Positions 1-9,400 of a DNA stretch of 64,000 bases are shown here, one piece after another. The notes under the pieces are model-generated. The model made no database searches, was not told the origin of the DNA, and worked only from the letters and a program-made list of their open reading frames with translations. The first letter of the stretch is position 1. The number at the start of each line of letters is the position of its first letter. This stretch comes from a bacterium (GTDB lineage: Bacteria > Zhuqueibacterota > Zhuqueibacteria > Residuimicrobiales > Krinioviventaceae). The stretch lies in the NCBI GenBank assembly GCA_963693055.1, contig OY843751.1, positions 4,032,001-4,096,000 of the forward strand. The letters run 5' to 3'. The translations under genes were made by a program, and so were the position numbers.

Positions 1-104
1 AGAGCATTCGCCAGGTCCTTGGCATACCATTTTTGATTTTTCAAAGTAGAGATTTTCAACAAAACCACAATATCCTGCGGTCTCATCCCTTTATGCTGCT
101 TCAT
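1..104 (-). CDS. Partial (runs off window) N-terminus of a putative winged-HTH protein, MKQHKGMRPQDIVVLLKI...
   Basis: Manual translation from ATG at 104 stays open to the window edge: MKQHKGMRPQDIVVLLKISTLKNQKWYAKDLANAL. It resembles, from memory, HTH proteins paired with AbiEii-like nucleotidyltransferases. Confidence 0.6.
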   Translation of the reverse strand, partial: MKQHKGMRPQDIVVLLKISTLKNQKWYAKDLANA

Positions 105-125
105 AACAAACACCTTATAATAATA

Positions 126-148
126 TCAATTCGCGATTCGCGAATTGA
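126..148. promoter_or_regulatory. Perfect 11-bp inverted repeat, likely operator
   Basis: TCAATTCGCGA-T-TCGCGAATTGA about 20 bp upstream of the ATG at 104. Confidence 0.55.
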
Positions 149-208
149 ATACAACTCATTAAAATCATATAATTTTAAAATGTCAAGAATTTAATAAATT
201 TTTCAAAA

Positions 209-240
209 GACTAGCCATACACTCTCGTGTCTGGCTAGTC
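209..240 (-). terminator. Intrinsic terminator after lysozyme
   Basis: GACTAGCCA...TGGCTAGTC stem followed on the minus strand by TTTT. Confidence 0.65.
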
Positions 241-258
241 GCCTACAAAACTCGATAA

Positions 259-678
259 TTAATTATCGTCTCCCAACCGCATCCGCTCCGCCAGCACTTC
301 GGCCCGTCTTCCCACCTGCGTGTGCCATTTGCTGTTCAGCATTTCATTAGCAGCGGTATTGAAATCCTTTTTATATATAGCAGCAAGCATACGTTTAAAG
401 CTTGTAAATCGTGTTTTGCCCAGGTTGAATACCATTTCAACCAACACTTGTCTGCGGGTATCATCCAATTCGTCAAATGCGGGGATAATGGAGCGTATAT
501 CCCGCAAAGCGGTCTCGATATCCTCCGCAAGTATGTGCTCAAGCACCGCATCGGACAAGGGCCGGGCTTCCAGATTGTGCCCGTACCCGATGGTCCAGAT
601 GCCCAACGGGTCCTGATATGCGGTGTTACGTTTGCCTTCATGGTCTTTTATGGATTGTATTAAATTTTGCATATTCAT
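259..678 (-). CDS. Phage-type lysozyme (GH24 endolysin)
   Basis: E-x8-D-x5-T catalytic pattern HEGKRNTAYQDPLGIWTIGYGH, also EMVFNLG and SKWHTQVGRRA. Start set at ATG 678 behind a GGAGG RBS. Confidence 0.9.
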   Translation of the reverse strand: MNMQNLIQSIKDHEGKRNTAYQDPLGIWTIGYGHNLEARPLSDAVLEHILAEDIETALRDIRSIIPAFDELDDTRRQVLVEMVFNLGKTRFTSFKRMLAAIYKKDFNTAANEMLNSKWHTQVGRRAEVLAERMRLGDDN

Positions 679-920
679 AAATTCCTCCGTTCTAATTAAC
701 CGCAAAGCCAAAAGAGCTCAAAGGAAACATTAACTAAAAAATATTGCAAAATTTATTTCTTTTGAATCACCTTTAAGCAAAATTCCCCCCAAAAAAATAC
801 TTTTTTTCGATTCTGAGCATCTTGATGGCTATTATTTTTATCCCTATTATTATTGGGAACCAAAAAACACAAATTGTAGTTCAATATAATGAGGTTTCAT
901 GTTGCCCTCCTCTCCAAATA

Positions 921-955
921 TCGCCCACCTGAGTGACGGCTATTCAGGTGGGTGA
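921..955 (-). terminator. Stem-loop after the terminase operon
   Basis: CGCCCACCTGA...TCAGGTGGGTG imperfect stem directly after the stop at 962; weak U-tract. Confidence 0.45.
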
Positions 956-961
956 TTTGGT

Positions 962-1150
962 TTAGTGCCTGCCGTAATAAATATCTTCCAGAGTTGATGG
1001 CGCGTATCCGGTTTCATCCGACAGGTCCAAACAAGCCTGCTTGACATAGCTGCGTACTCCGTTGTTCCATAATCTGACTGCATGATCATACACCCTGCGG
1101 CGGATTGCATTGTGCCGCTTTACCGTACTTTTTCTCTTTGGCATAGTCAT
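962..1150 (-). CDS. Small basic protein, possible HTH
   Basis: ATG at 1150 overlaps the terminase TGA (ATGA coupling); C-terminal LSDETGYAPSTLEDIYY is HTH-like. Confidence 0.65.
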   Translation of the reverse strand: MTMPKRKSTVKRHNAIRRRVYDHAVRLWNNGVRSYVKQACLDLSDETGYAPSTLEDIYYGRH

Positions 1151-2622
1151 CTCCCTTTGCTGATCCAGTACATACCTGTCCAATTGTCGTTTGTGTGTGG
1201 GTAAAATGTATTCAATACAGCATCCAGCCGGTCCGGTGAACGTCCCAGCCGGGTGATGATCTTTTCTTTGCTTTCGATTTGGATTTTTCCATTCGACTGT
1301 ACCACATATTGCGGAGCAGTAATCTCCTGCAGTAATACGTCATCCGGGGGTAACGCCAGCCTGATCTGCCCGGCAGGGTCCAAAGCATCACGCAAAGCCC
1401 AGTGTAAATACGCGCGCATGTTCACAAACTGACGCTCACCAGTTACATCGGTCATATCCTGAGCGGATTCCGATCCTTTTACACTGACAGCATTAATATT
1501 CTGCTCCTTTAATCGCGCGTATACACCAGCCCCTTCACCAATGGTGTCAACGAATGCGGTATCTTCTTCCACCCGCAGTTCATGGTAAATCCGCCCCGAG
1601 ACCGCCATTGCATCCAGTTTAGAGTATACTGAAATACTATCAACTACCTGACCGAAACGCCTCGCAAAACAGGTCGAGTCCCGCCCCATACCTGCTACAT
1701 CCACGCCCAATCGCATAAAGCCCTGCTTTCGCTCTGTTTCATTCATCTGCTGCCAACGCTGCTGTGCGGTCTCTACCCATGCAACAGGTATGAGCTGTCC
1801 CTCTGCTTCTTTGGGAAACTCGCCCAGCACCTTAACCCTGAACAGATCGTTGGGACGATACCACTGCCCCTTGAACCGGAAATCCATCATTCCTGCATCG
1901 GCTTCATGCTCTGTTATTTTTCTGCACCACGAGTCCACTCGTTCCTTTACCCAGGTATAATCCACCTGACCGGGCACCAGCGTCTTTTGTGCGCGCACAT
2001 TTACCGCATTTAAACTGCTCAGCTTGAATTTGCTGTACAAGGGACTGGTTACACTTTTATACGCCTCACCCGAGGTCCGCAACGGATTAAAGATAAGCAG
2101 CAGCCGGGAGTCGCCGGTCAGCAATCCCTCAATGGCTTCAAATGTCTCTTCCGCCAGACCGCTGGCTTCGGTTACCACCACCAGAATATTGGGCGAGTGA
2201 TACCCGGTCCACGATTCCACTGCCTTGTCCCCGGCTTTAAATCCCTCCAGAAACCAATTGGGCTCACCATCAAATTTGATTCGGGTTGCGGTTACGCGTC
2301 CCCCCAGCGGTACCAGTGCATTTTTGTGCAGCCGGCCAATCTCGGTCATCATAATGGATGTTACCTGACGCTGAGTAGGTGCGGTATTGATAACCTTGGA
2401 TGGATAATGCAGATACAAAAAACAGAGCGAAGCCACAGCCGCGGTAAAATCCTTGCCGCGGGCATGTCCTGAACGAACAGAAACACGGCGCCCGTGCTGC
2501 AAAGCACTGATGATCCTGCGTTGCTGCCTGTCCAAACGCACCCCCAGAATTTCCCGCACAAAGGCGTTCCAGTCCTGCTGATAATGTTGAAATAGAGCCC
2601 GGTCCCTATCCTCTATCCGCAT
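1147..2622 (-). CDS. terL: Phage terminase large subunit
   Basis: P-loop VSVRSGHARGKD, Walker-B-like ILVVVTEASG, LLIFNP motif, RNase H-like nuclease LGVDVAGMGRD, VDTIGEG, SPDRLDA. Confidence 0.9.
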   Translation of the reverse strand: MRIEDRDRALFQHYQQDWNAFVREILGVRLDRQQRRIISALQHGRRVSVRSGHARGKDFTAAVASLCFLYLHYPSKVINTAPTQRQVTSIMMTEIGRLHKNALVPLGGRVTATRIKFDGEPNWFLEGFKAGDKAVESWTGYHSPNILVVVTEASGLAEETFEAIEGLLTGDSRLLLIFNPLRTSGEAYKSVTSPLYSKFKLSSLNAVNVRAQKTLVPGQVDYTWVKERVDSWCRKITEHEADAGMMDFRFKGQWYRPNDLFRVKVLGEFPKEAEGQLIPVAWVETAQQRWQQMNETERKQGFMRLGVDVAGMGRDSTCFARRFGQVVDSISVYSKLDAMAVSGRIYHELRVEEDTAFVDTIGEGAGVYARLKEQNINAVSVKGSESAQDMTDVTGERQFVNMRAYLHWALRDALDPAGQIRLALPPDDVLLQEITAPQYVVQSNGKIQIESKEKIITRLGRSPDRLDAVLNTFYPHTNDNWTGMYWISKGR

Positions 2623-3046
2623 GAATCCCCTTGACCAGATCTGAAAAGGTTACCTGCATCTCACTGCTAACTTGTTTGGGTGAATCTATACCCAACAGTT
2701 CACAGCGTTTGTTTATGCACCACTGTACCCCTTGCAAATAACGGGGATTCCCCCCTTTGATTACTGCAACATCACTGTTTTCGTTATTCATATTCCCCTC
2801 TCCGGTAGAATGTTTCCATGCAGACCAGTATTCCTGCTGCAACTGGTCTATACGCGCCAACTCGCAGCTCTTTGCCAGATGAAAATCCATCAAAGCCGAA
2901 CCGCGCCATTGTTCATTCAGCTCTTTTAAATACCGGCTTACCGTTGCCTGCGAAATACCCAGCTCTTGTGCAATTTCAGACTGGTTATAATGCTTGTACA
3001 GGTACAACTCGGCCATTCGCTTTATATTGTGCGTTTTACGACCCAT
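2606..3046 (-). CDS. HTH protein, probable terminase small subunit
   Basis: N-terminal HTH NQSEIAQELGISQATVSRYLK, C-terminal RCELLGIDSP; overlaps the terL start. Confidence 0.7.
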   Translation of the reverse strand: MGRKTHNIKRMAELYLYKHYNQSEIAQELGISQATVSRYLKELNEQWRGSALMDFHLAKSCELARIDQLQQEYWSAWKHSTGEGNMNNENSDVAVIKGGNPRYLQGVQWCINKRCELLGIDSPKQVSSEMQVTFSDLVKGIHADRG

Positions 3047-3333
3047 TACTGCACCTGTAAATCCAAATTACGAATAATACGGTCGCTTTCCAGATAATCG
3101 TCAACATAGCGCTGTTTTGCCCACTCGAACGTGGGTACCTGTGCCGGAGGAACCCAGCACCAGCGGTTTTCAATTTCACCGGGACGGTCATCCATTTCAG
3201 CAGGACGATAAACGCACTCGCCCGATTGACGCATCACATTCACAAATGTGGGATACGCAGAGGCCCGCCTGTCATTTTTATCCGAACGAAAATAGAGTCC
3301 GCCATTGGATTGTCTTAAGATATTCATACACAT
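3046..3333 (-). CDS. Hypothetical phage protein
   Basis: GGGG RBS; TAATG overlap with the next gene. Confidence 0.65.
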   Translation of the reverse strand: MCMNILRQSNGGLYFRSDKNDRRASAYPTFVNVMRQSGECVYRPAEMDDRPGEIENRWCWVPPAQVPTFEWAKQRYVDDYLESDRIIRNLDLQVQ

Positions 3334-3474
3334 CCCCTTTCGGTTTCACCATACACTTTTCAAGAGACAACAGGTTGCCGCTCGAAAATCCAATGTTAAA
3401 ATTTTAGTGGTTACTGCTAAACTGCAAGACTCACTGCAAAAGAAAGGAATTACAACCCCACGGAAGATGTTCCG

Positions 3475-4416
3475 TTATCCTCTTTTTAAAACAAAACGCC
3501 GACTGCCGGGGCGGCTTTCGGCATAGGCATTGTATAATGCCGGGAAATCCTGTTTAAAACGCTGGTTATCAAATCGTGTACTGTCTTTGCTCTGACGCCA
3601 GGTAACAAGCGCGTCATCCCCATCTTTGAGCACAGATGCGTCTTTCATTAATAACTTGATCTGCTGTTCGAGTTCAGATTTTTGACTGCCAAGTTCTGCC
3701 AGTTGACGGGTTACATCTGTCAGCCTCTCCAAGGTTTCAAAAGTGGTCTCATCTGCCTGTACACACTTTTCAGGATTTACTCTGGGCCACAGCGCACGGA
3801 TATCACTCTCATTGCGCGGCTCTGGAGGAACTTTATTTTCAACATGATTGTGCCAGAAATCCAGCAATTGCTCCCGCATTAACGCAATGTATTCCGCATC
3901 ATACACTACCGGAATATCTTTCAGATCATACCCATCCACCAGTACAGCCACACGTCCCCACTTGTGACCGGTTACATGAAGATAGTGCATAATCTGACAA
4001 TAGGTATCCGGCGGCAGACCATTCTCTTCCCAGCGTTTAAAATTAAATCCGGAAGTGGTTTTTACCTCCAGAACTCCGGGTCCCCTCTCATCATCCGTTG
4101 CCGAGATCAACCGGTCAATATTAGCCAGCAATACTGGATATTGCGGATGAAAGCGCACCTTGTTATCCCGCCTGACCTTACATCCATTCTCCAATGCCCA
4201 CCATTGCGCTACTACATCCTCTAACAAACGCCCGGCTTTCATGCGCGCGTTTTCCTGACCGGGTTTGGATTGCCCGGTTTTCTCCAAATACACATCCACC
4301 GCAGTCTTGTAAGGAGATAACCCCAAAATAGCAGCCACATCCGTTCCACCAATACCCGTACGACGCACTTTTAACCAGGATTCTTTGTTCATTGTTACCG
4401 TTGAAAGATATGCCAT
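3475..4416 (-). CDS. YqaJ-family (lambda exonuclease-like) recombination nuclease
   Basis: WLKVRRTGIGGTDVAAILGLSPYKT, ANIDR, LEVKT, YCQIMHY. Start set at ATG 4416 behind AAAGGGG. Confidence 0.92.
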   Translation of the reverse strand: MAYLSTVTMNKESWLKVRRTGIGGTDVAAILGLSPYKTAVDVYLEKTGQSKPGQENARMKAGRLLEDVVAQWWALENGCKVRRDNKVRFHPQYPVLLANIDRLISATDDERGPGVLEVKTTSGFNFKRWEENGLPPDTYCQIMHYLHVTGHKWGRVAVLVDGYDLKDIPVVYDAEYIALMREQLLDFWHNHVENKVPPEPRNESDIRALWPRVNPEKCVQADETTFETLERLTDVTRQLAELGSQKSELEQQIKLLMKDASVLKDGDDALVTWRQSKDSTRFDNQRFKQDFPALYNAYAESRPGSRRFVLKRG

Positions 4417-4469
4417 GTATACACCCCTTTTCCTGGAAATGCCTAAAACTGCCCCAAACACTTCCAATA

Positions 4470-4600
4470 GTTAATAAAAGTTTATATTAGTTTTAAAACT
4501 ACTTAAAACAAAGTTAAACTTTTATCAACAAAAGTCAAGAAAAATTTTTATTAGTTTATGTTTTTTTTGCTTTGTTTTAGAATGAAAATGTATTATATTT
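4470..4600. promoter_or_regulatory. Divergent CI/YqaJ control region with palindromes
   Basis: TAGTTTTAAAACTA palindrome at 4488-4501; ATAAAAGTTTA/TAAACTTTTAT inverted pair at 4474-4484 and 4515-4525; minus-strand TTGACT at 4538-4533. Confidence 0.5.
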
Positions 4601-4604
4601 GCAC

Positions 4605-5291
4605 ATGAACAACATTGCAAAAGAAATACAGGCAATTCTGGATCAGGATCTGATCAGCGTTGAAGAACTGGCTGAGCGAACGGGCTTGACCGTACCGGGG
4701 CTAAAAAAGATCCTGAATGGCCAAACCTCCAGCGTACAGCGGTCTACCATTCGCAAGATTGCTGATGGGACCGGTCGCGTGGCCAGGATTGAAGGTGACA
4801 CGGTCACCTTTACACCGGACTTGCCCTCAACGGACAATGTCCCTCCTTTGGAAAGCAATGATAACGCTTTGCCCATTGTGCAGCACGAACGCGAGGTACC
4901 GCATTTCAACGTAGAGGCCGGCGCTGGCATTGGTCAGGCGGTTGCGTCTGAACATATTTCCAGCTATACCAAAATCTTTCCCGGAGTGCATCCATCTGTT
5001 CAGTTTACAGTACGAGCCAAAGGCGACAGTATGCAGCTTGCCGGCATAAATGATGGCGATCTGCTCTTTGTCTCGCCCGTAACCGACGCGCGCACAGTCA
5101 AGAACGGCGCCATTGTGATTGTTGCGGATGAAGATGGCGACCTGCTGGTCAAGATCTTTCAGCGCGAAGGCGATACTATTATGCTGTTTTCCGCGTCACC
5201 GCAATACCGTCCCATTATCAAATCCGCCGATCAGGTACGCATCATTGGCCGTGTCATCCACAGTAGTCACTTGAATACATTCGAGTTGTAA
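4605..5291 (+). CDS. CI/LexA-like repressor (XRE HTH plus S24 peptidase)
   Basis: HTH SVEELAERTGLTVPGLKKILNG; AG cleavage site (EAGAG); catalytic GDSM and LVK. Confidence 0.9.
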   Translation: MNNIAKEIQAILDQDLISVEELAERTGLTVPGLKKILNGQTSSVQRSTIRKIADGTGRVARIEGDTVTFTPDLPSTDNVPPLESNDNALPIVQHEREVPHFNVEAGAGIGQAVASEHISSYTKIFPGVHPSVQFTVRAKGDSMQLAGINDGDLLFVSPVTDARTVKNGAIVIVADEDGDLLVKIFQREGDTIMLFSASPQYRPIIKSADQVRIIGRVIHSSHLNTFEL

Positions 5292-5321
5292 TAAACTATC
5301 CCGTTGTTTAAAAACCCAACC

Positions 5322-5725
5322 TCAAAGCCACAGAGAACACAAAGAAAAACTTTATCAAATAATAGAGAATCCGGTTGCTGCCCTTCGACAAGCCCAGGAA
5401 CCGTGTCCACCTTGAGAGCACGTATCGAAGCACCAGCGCAGTTCACAATCATTTTACCCACGAAACACTCAAAATAACACGAAAACAACAACCCCAAATA
5501 AATATGCTATTCCCTATCCGTGTAGATCTGTGAGAATCCGTGGCTCAATAATTTTTGATTTAGCCACGGATTTACACAGATGTACAGCACAATTACAAAC
5601 CCATCAAATCACAAAATTATAGCAAAGCAAACGGTTCAACTTGCATACCACAAATGAATTTGAACGTTACGACTGGTGTTTTCTTTGTGACCTCTGCGTA
5701 TCCTTGGCGCCCTCTACGATTTGGT
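5322..5725. repeat. Composite REP-like cluster
   Basis: CCCTTCGACAAGCCCAGG near 5380; inverted ATCCGTGGCT/AGCCACGGAT at 5536-5571; CACAGAGAACACAAAG versus CTTTGTGACCTCTGCG. Confidence 0.6.
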
Positions 5726-5869
5726 TTTTAACCACTTTCCCTAGCCATGCATATCTGAAACTTTGGATAACGAACAGTCTCGATTACAGAACATTATCTA
5801 TTTTTATTTTTTATCACAAATATATTTTATATATTGCGACAGAAAAAAAGTAACTATCAGGGGACAGCC

Positions 5870-6295
5870 ATGACCTGCACAAACCATCCGGACCAATCAG
5901 CAGCATACACATGCGCATATTGCAAGACTCCGGTCTGCATAGACTGTTACGATGCATTCCGCATCATCAAACACCGCAAATCCATTCCGTTTTGCTCAGA
6001 TGCATGTAAATCGCAATATCATGAAAAGCTGAAAACGATTAAAAGTAAAAACCGCAAGAAATCCTATAGATTCATATTAGTGGGTGCGGGATTGATTGCC
6101 ATGTCGCTATTGTTATTTATCATACGGATTTACATCGAGTTTGAGCTCGGTATCACATTCGAATCCGGTTGGGGGCGATTGGCTGATCGGCTGTTTCGGG
6201 CATTGCTTGTCCCGGCTGTATTTTTCACCGGTGTGGGGTATCTGTTCTATTTTATACGCGCGTTTTTCAGCGGGGAAAATCCGGATTTATTCTAA
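5870..6295 (+). CDS. B-box-like zinc-finger membrane protein
   Basis: CTNHP...CAYCKTPVCIDC and FCSDAC followed by two hydrophobic helices; ATG 5870 behind AGGGG. Confidence 0.75.
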   Translation: MTCTNHPDQSAAYTCAYCKTPVCIDCYDAFRIIKHRKSIPFCSDACKSQYHEKLKTIKSKNRKKSYRFILVGAGLIAMSLLLFIIRIYIEFELGITFESGWGRLADRLFRALLVPAVFFTGVGYLFYFIRAFFSGENPDLF

Positions 6296-6343
6296 CATCT
6301 CCCTCTATGATACTAAAAAATAGTAAAAAATACAGATTGCATA

Positions 6344-6372
6344 TTGACAAAAATTAAATTTTTCTTTATAAT
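6344..6372 (+). promoter_or_regulatory. Consensus sigma70 promoter
   Basis: TTGACA-N17-TATAAT exact match upstream of ORF 6441. Confidence 0.75.
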
Positions 6373-6440
6373 TAAATTATTGATGTTATTGGGTATGGGT
6401 AAAAAAATTAACAAGGGATCTTTTTTACTGATCAGGTCCC

Positions 6441-6695
6441 ATGGGGAAGTTCATGAACGAACATAATTTTGAGAAAAAACAAAACCAGGAATTGGTGCGT
6501 AATATACCGGACCATAAATCTGGCATTCTATTACCACACGAGCTTGTAGAAGATATTCTGGAGCTGCTGACCAATCCGAAAAAATTTCATTACAACACCA
6601 ACGAGATCGTCTGCGATTGGGATGACGTAACACGTGTTAGCGCAAACCTGCTGGCGATTTTACGGGATCAGGCACGATTAAAAAATAAGGAATAG
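6441..6695 (+). CDS. Hypothetical protein
   Basis: 84-aa ORF downstream of the consensus promoter. Confidence 0.6.
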   Translation: MGKFMNEHNFEKKQNQELVRNIPDHKSGILLPHELVEDILELLTNPKKFHYNTNEIVCDWDDVTRVSANLLAILRDQARLKNKE

Positions 6696-6798
6696 CATTT
6701 AACATAAACTCGTCAAGCAGAAACTTTTTATCACTCTCGTACGTTAAATCCTGAACAACATTCCACAAAAAATACATATAAATTCAAGGGACAAGCCT

Positions 6799-7614
6799 AT
6801 GTCAAAACATGACAAGCTCAATAAAATACTTTTTACAATAATGTCAATATTGATTATTGTAACAGCAATTCTTGTAATAGCAATGATCATCCCCGAGATT
6901 ACAAGTAATCACTCAAAAGACACACCCCCCATGATATCTAATGAACGTATTCAGGAGCTGAAAGAACAAAATCTGTATCAGGAAAAAATAGATTTTGATT
7001 ATGTTTCTGCACTCGATACAACCGGTCAATTTTATCTGCTTCCTGTAAAACAGGTACTGCTTGACAAACCATCCATGCTCCCGGATTATGACGAGTTGAT
7101 AGATCAGGAAATTATTCTGGACGAGGGAATTACAAAGAGCATAATTTCTTATGGATATCAGGACACACATAACAATCTTGTAATTTTGGACATGAAAAGT
7201 AATACACAGGATATTATTTTCAAATCCCGAATTTGCATAGTAGAATATAGATCCTTTTCCTGGAAAAACAGTCCATATCTCCTGATCAGTGCATGCAACC
7301 ACGACGATAACAAAGACGGTCAAATGGACAATAAAGATTTGAAATATTTGTATTTGTATGATGTTAAAAACAAAGAATTGACAACCATTATTGACTCCCC
7401 CTTTCTTGGATCAGAGTTTCGTTATAGCGGAATAAAGGATGACAATATATTTATTACGATATCAAACGATATAGATGGAAATTTCAAATATGATGCTTCA
7501 ACAGACCAAAAACAAATCTATAAATTTAACATTCAAACCCGCAAACTAGAATCTATTGTGGATACCAAGCTGTTAAATGATTTACAAAGCATTTTAAATG
7601 GCACTATGCTGTAA
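6799..7614 (+). CDS. Hypothetical membrane-anchored protein
   Basis: N-terminal TM helix; DxNxDG-type loops (DDNKDGQMD, DIDGNFKYD). Confidence 0.75.
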   Translation: MSKHDKLNKILFTIMSILIIVTAILVIAMIIPEITSNHSKDTPPMISNERIQELKEQNLYQEKIDFDYVSALDTTGQFYLLPVKQVLLDKPSMLPDYDELIDQEIILDEGITKSIISYGYQDTHNNLVILDMKSNTQDIIFKSRICIVEYRSFSWKNSPYLLISACNHDDNKDGQMDNKDLKYLYLYDVKNKELTTIIDSPFLGSEFRYSGIKDDNIFITISNDIDGNFKYDASTDQKQIYKFNIQTRKLESIVDTKLLNDLQSILNGTML

Positions 7615-7648
7615 TAAAAATAAAGGAAAAATGCAGCAGAAAAGAATT

Positions 7649-7677
7649 TCCGGGGCGCAATGCCCCGGATAAAAAAT
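7649..7677. terminator. Terminator between convergent genes
   Basis: CCGGGGC-GCAAT-GCCCCGG stem with flanking A/T tracts. Confidence 0.6.
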
Positions 7678-7682
7678 CAAAC

Positions 7683-8936
7683 CTAGTTTACTCCTTCAAC
7701 TAAAACCGTACCATCACCCTGTTTGATCAATGTAAAGCTATCCATAACTTTTCCATCCATACTCTTGGATTCATAAGTCAACTTTTTCGGACACAGGCTG
7801 ATGACCTGGTACAACTGGGTTTCACCGATATCTTTACGCATCAGGTGAGCAAATATCTTGTTATCTTTGTACATTTTGGGTCCGCTAACAGATACAGCAT
7901 AAATGGGTGCATCTGCATCAGCGCCTACGGTTTTATTTTGAATGATTTTGCCTGTTCGACCATAATGGTGATCATGGCCCTGCAAAACCAAATCTACGCC
8001 ATATTTTTCAAACAAGGGAGCCAAGACCGCACGCTCTTCATTATTATCACGTTCATTACCTGTCGAATAAATGGGATGATGAAAAGTAACAATCAACCAC
8101 TCTTTGGTATTGGATTTTAAAACCGATTCCAGCCAATCCAGTTGGTCCTTGTTTTCCCACGAATCGGAATTAAAAATCACAAAACGCGCGCTTTGATAAT
8201 CCATTGTATAAGCCGCTTCTTTAAAATACTTGTTATCCGGTCCGTTTGTTGGCAATGCAAAATGCGCTAAATACAAAGGATCTGGCGTTTCATTGCCGTC
8301 TTCATCCTCGACCTTGTCGGTCGTATCATGATTACCGGGAGCAGGAACAAAAGGCATAGTACGTGCAATAAAACCAAAAGCTTCAAAAAACTCGCGCCAA
8401 TTATCATCATTGTTCCCACGATTCACCAGATCACCGGCAATTAAAATAAAACGACTATCTGTTGCATCTGCATAAGCTGTTCGCAGCAACGGAGACACAT
8501 GCGAATAAATATCATTCTGAATGTCACCCAAATAGATAAAAGAGAATGGTTCGTCTTTATTACCGGCAGTATGAAACACGTTCCACTCGCTCCAGGTTTC
8601 ACCGGAACCTACACGATACACATAAGAGGAATTGGGCTTTAAACCATCAAAGCGGGCATTATAATGGGTATAGGTATTGCCATCAATAGTCGTTATATCT
8701 TCAGCAACAGCTTTAACGCTGGTTGCAGCATCACTAAACTGTCGTCCCCAAACCATTATAGGAGCTATCTGTGCTTCAGCATTATCCAGATGCTTAACAG
8801 TACGCCATGCAACAGATTGACTGGTTGCCGGGTCACCCTGCCAACTCAACGCTATTCGTTGCGGTTGTTCATCCGACATTGCGTAAAGCTGTAAAGACAT
8901 CAATAGTGCCAGTACTGCAATAAATATTTTTTTCAT
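7683..8936 (-). CDS. Secreted purple acid phosphatase-like metallophosphoesterase with N-terminal FN3-like domain
   Basis: Signal peptide; GDIQ, AGDLV, PGNHD, FHHP, GHDH motifs. Confidence 0.9.
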   Translation of the reverse strand: MKKIFIAVLALLMSLQLYAMSDEQPQRIALSWQGDPATSQSVAWRTVKHLDNAEAQIAPIMVWGRQFSDAATSVKAVAEDITTIDGNTYTHYNARFDGLKPNSSYVYRVGSGETWSEWNVFHTAGNKDEPFSFIYLGDIQNDIYSHVSPLLRTAYADATDSRFILIAGDLVNRGNNDDNWREFFEAFGFIARTMPFVPAPGNHDTTDKVEDEDGNETPDPLYLAHFALPTNGPDNKYFKEAAYTMDYQSARFVIFNSDSWENKDQLDWLESVLKSNTKEWLIVTFHHPIYSTGNERDNNEERAVLAPLFEKYGVDLVLQGHDHHYGRTGKIIQNKTVGADADAPIYAVSVSGPKMYKDNKIFAHLMRKDIGETQLYQVISLCPKKLTYESKSMDGKVMDSFTLIKQGDGTVLVEGVN

Positions 8937-9065
8937 TTCTTACCCTCGGATTTTATGAGATTTTCATTTTCAGATAATTAAACGTAAAAGAATCAAGAAT
9001 TCATCCCCCAAAAGCAATCAATACAAATTTTTACAAAAAAAAAGCCGGTATAAAACCGGCATCTT

Positions 9066-9400
9066 TTACATAATCATTCTGGCCACGGTAGCGGCTTGTT
9101 TGGGAATTGGGATTTTCAACTCCCTAAGGTATTGTTGGAACATAATGTTGATCCACTCTTTGGATGTATCGAGTTTTTTAATAACAACATGGCTATTTTC
9201 TCCATCAGAAACAAAATTATAATCTGTAATAACCAGGCTGATTGGACTGTTCTCCCCTTTTAAAAACAACAAGGCCGATACTCGCTTGTCAGGGGTTTCT
9301 ACTTCTACTCGTTCCACATGTCCACATGTCCCATATCACGTATTGCATTATTTAGATACTGCTCAAGCGCGTAAGCGACTCCCTTGCCAAACACATTCAT
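9066..9400 (-). pseudogene. Hypothetical protein gene frameshifted by an 8-bp tandem duplication
   Basis: ATG 9400 with RBS reads MNVFGKGVAYALEQYLNNAIRDMGHV then stops; removing one GGACATGT copy (9313-9331) fuses it in frame to the 9066-9317 ORF. Confidence 0.7.

Larger units (their letters stand above)
259..5291. mobile_element. Minimal prophage-derived module (no integrase, portal, capsid or tail)
   Basis: Gene content: lysozyme, terL, terS, YqaJ, CI; no att site identified. Confidence 0.75.

Noticed and set aside
320-663. Plus-strand ORFs over the lysozyme, and similar nested ORFs throughout the track
   Set aside because: Antisense or alternate-frame overlaps of well-supported genes.
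259-5291. Complete prophage or classical PICI
   Set aside because: No integrase, att sites, primase/replication or structural genes; classical PICIs generally do not encode TerL plus endolysin.
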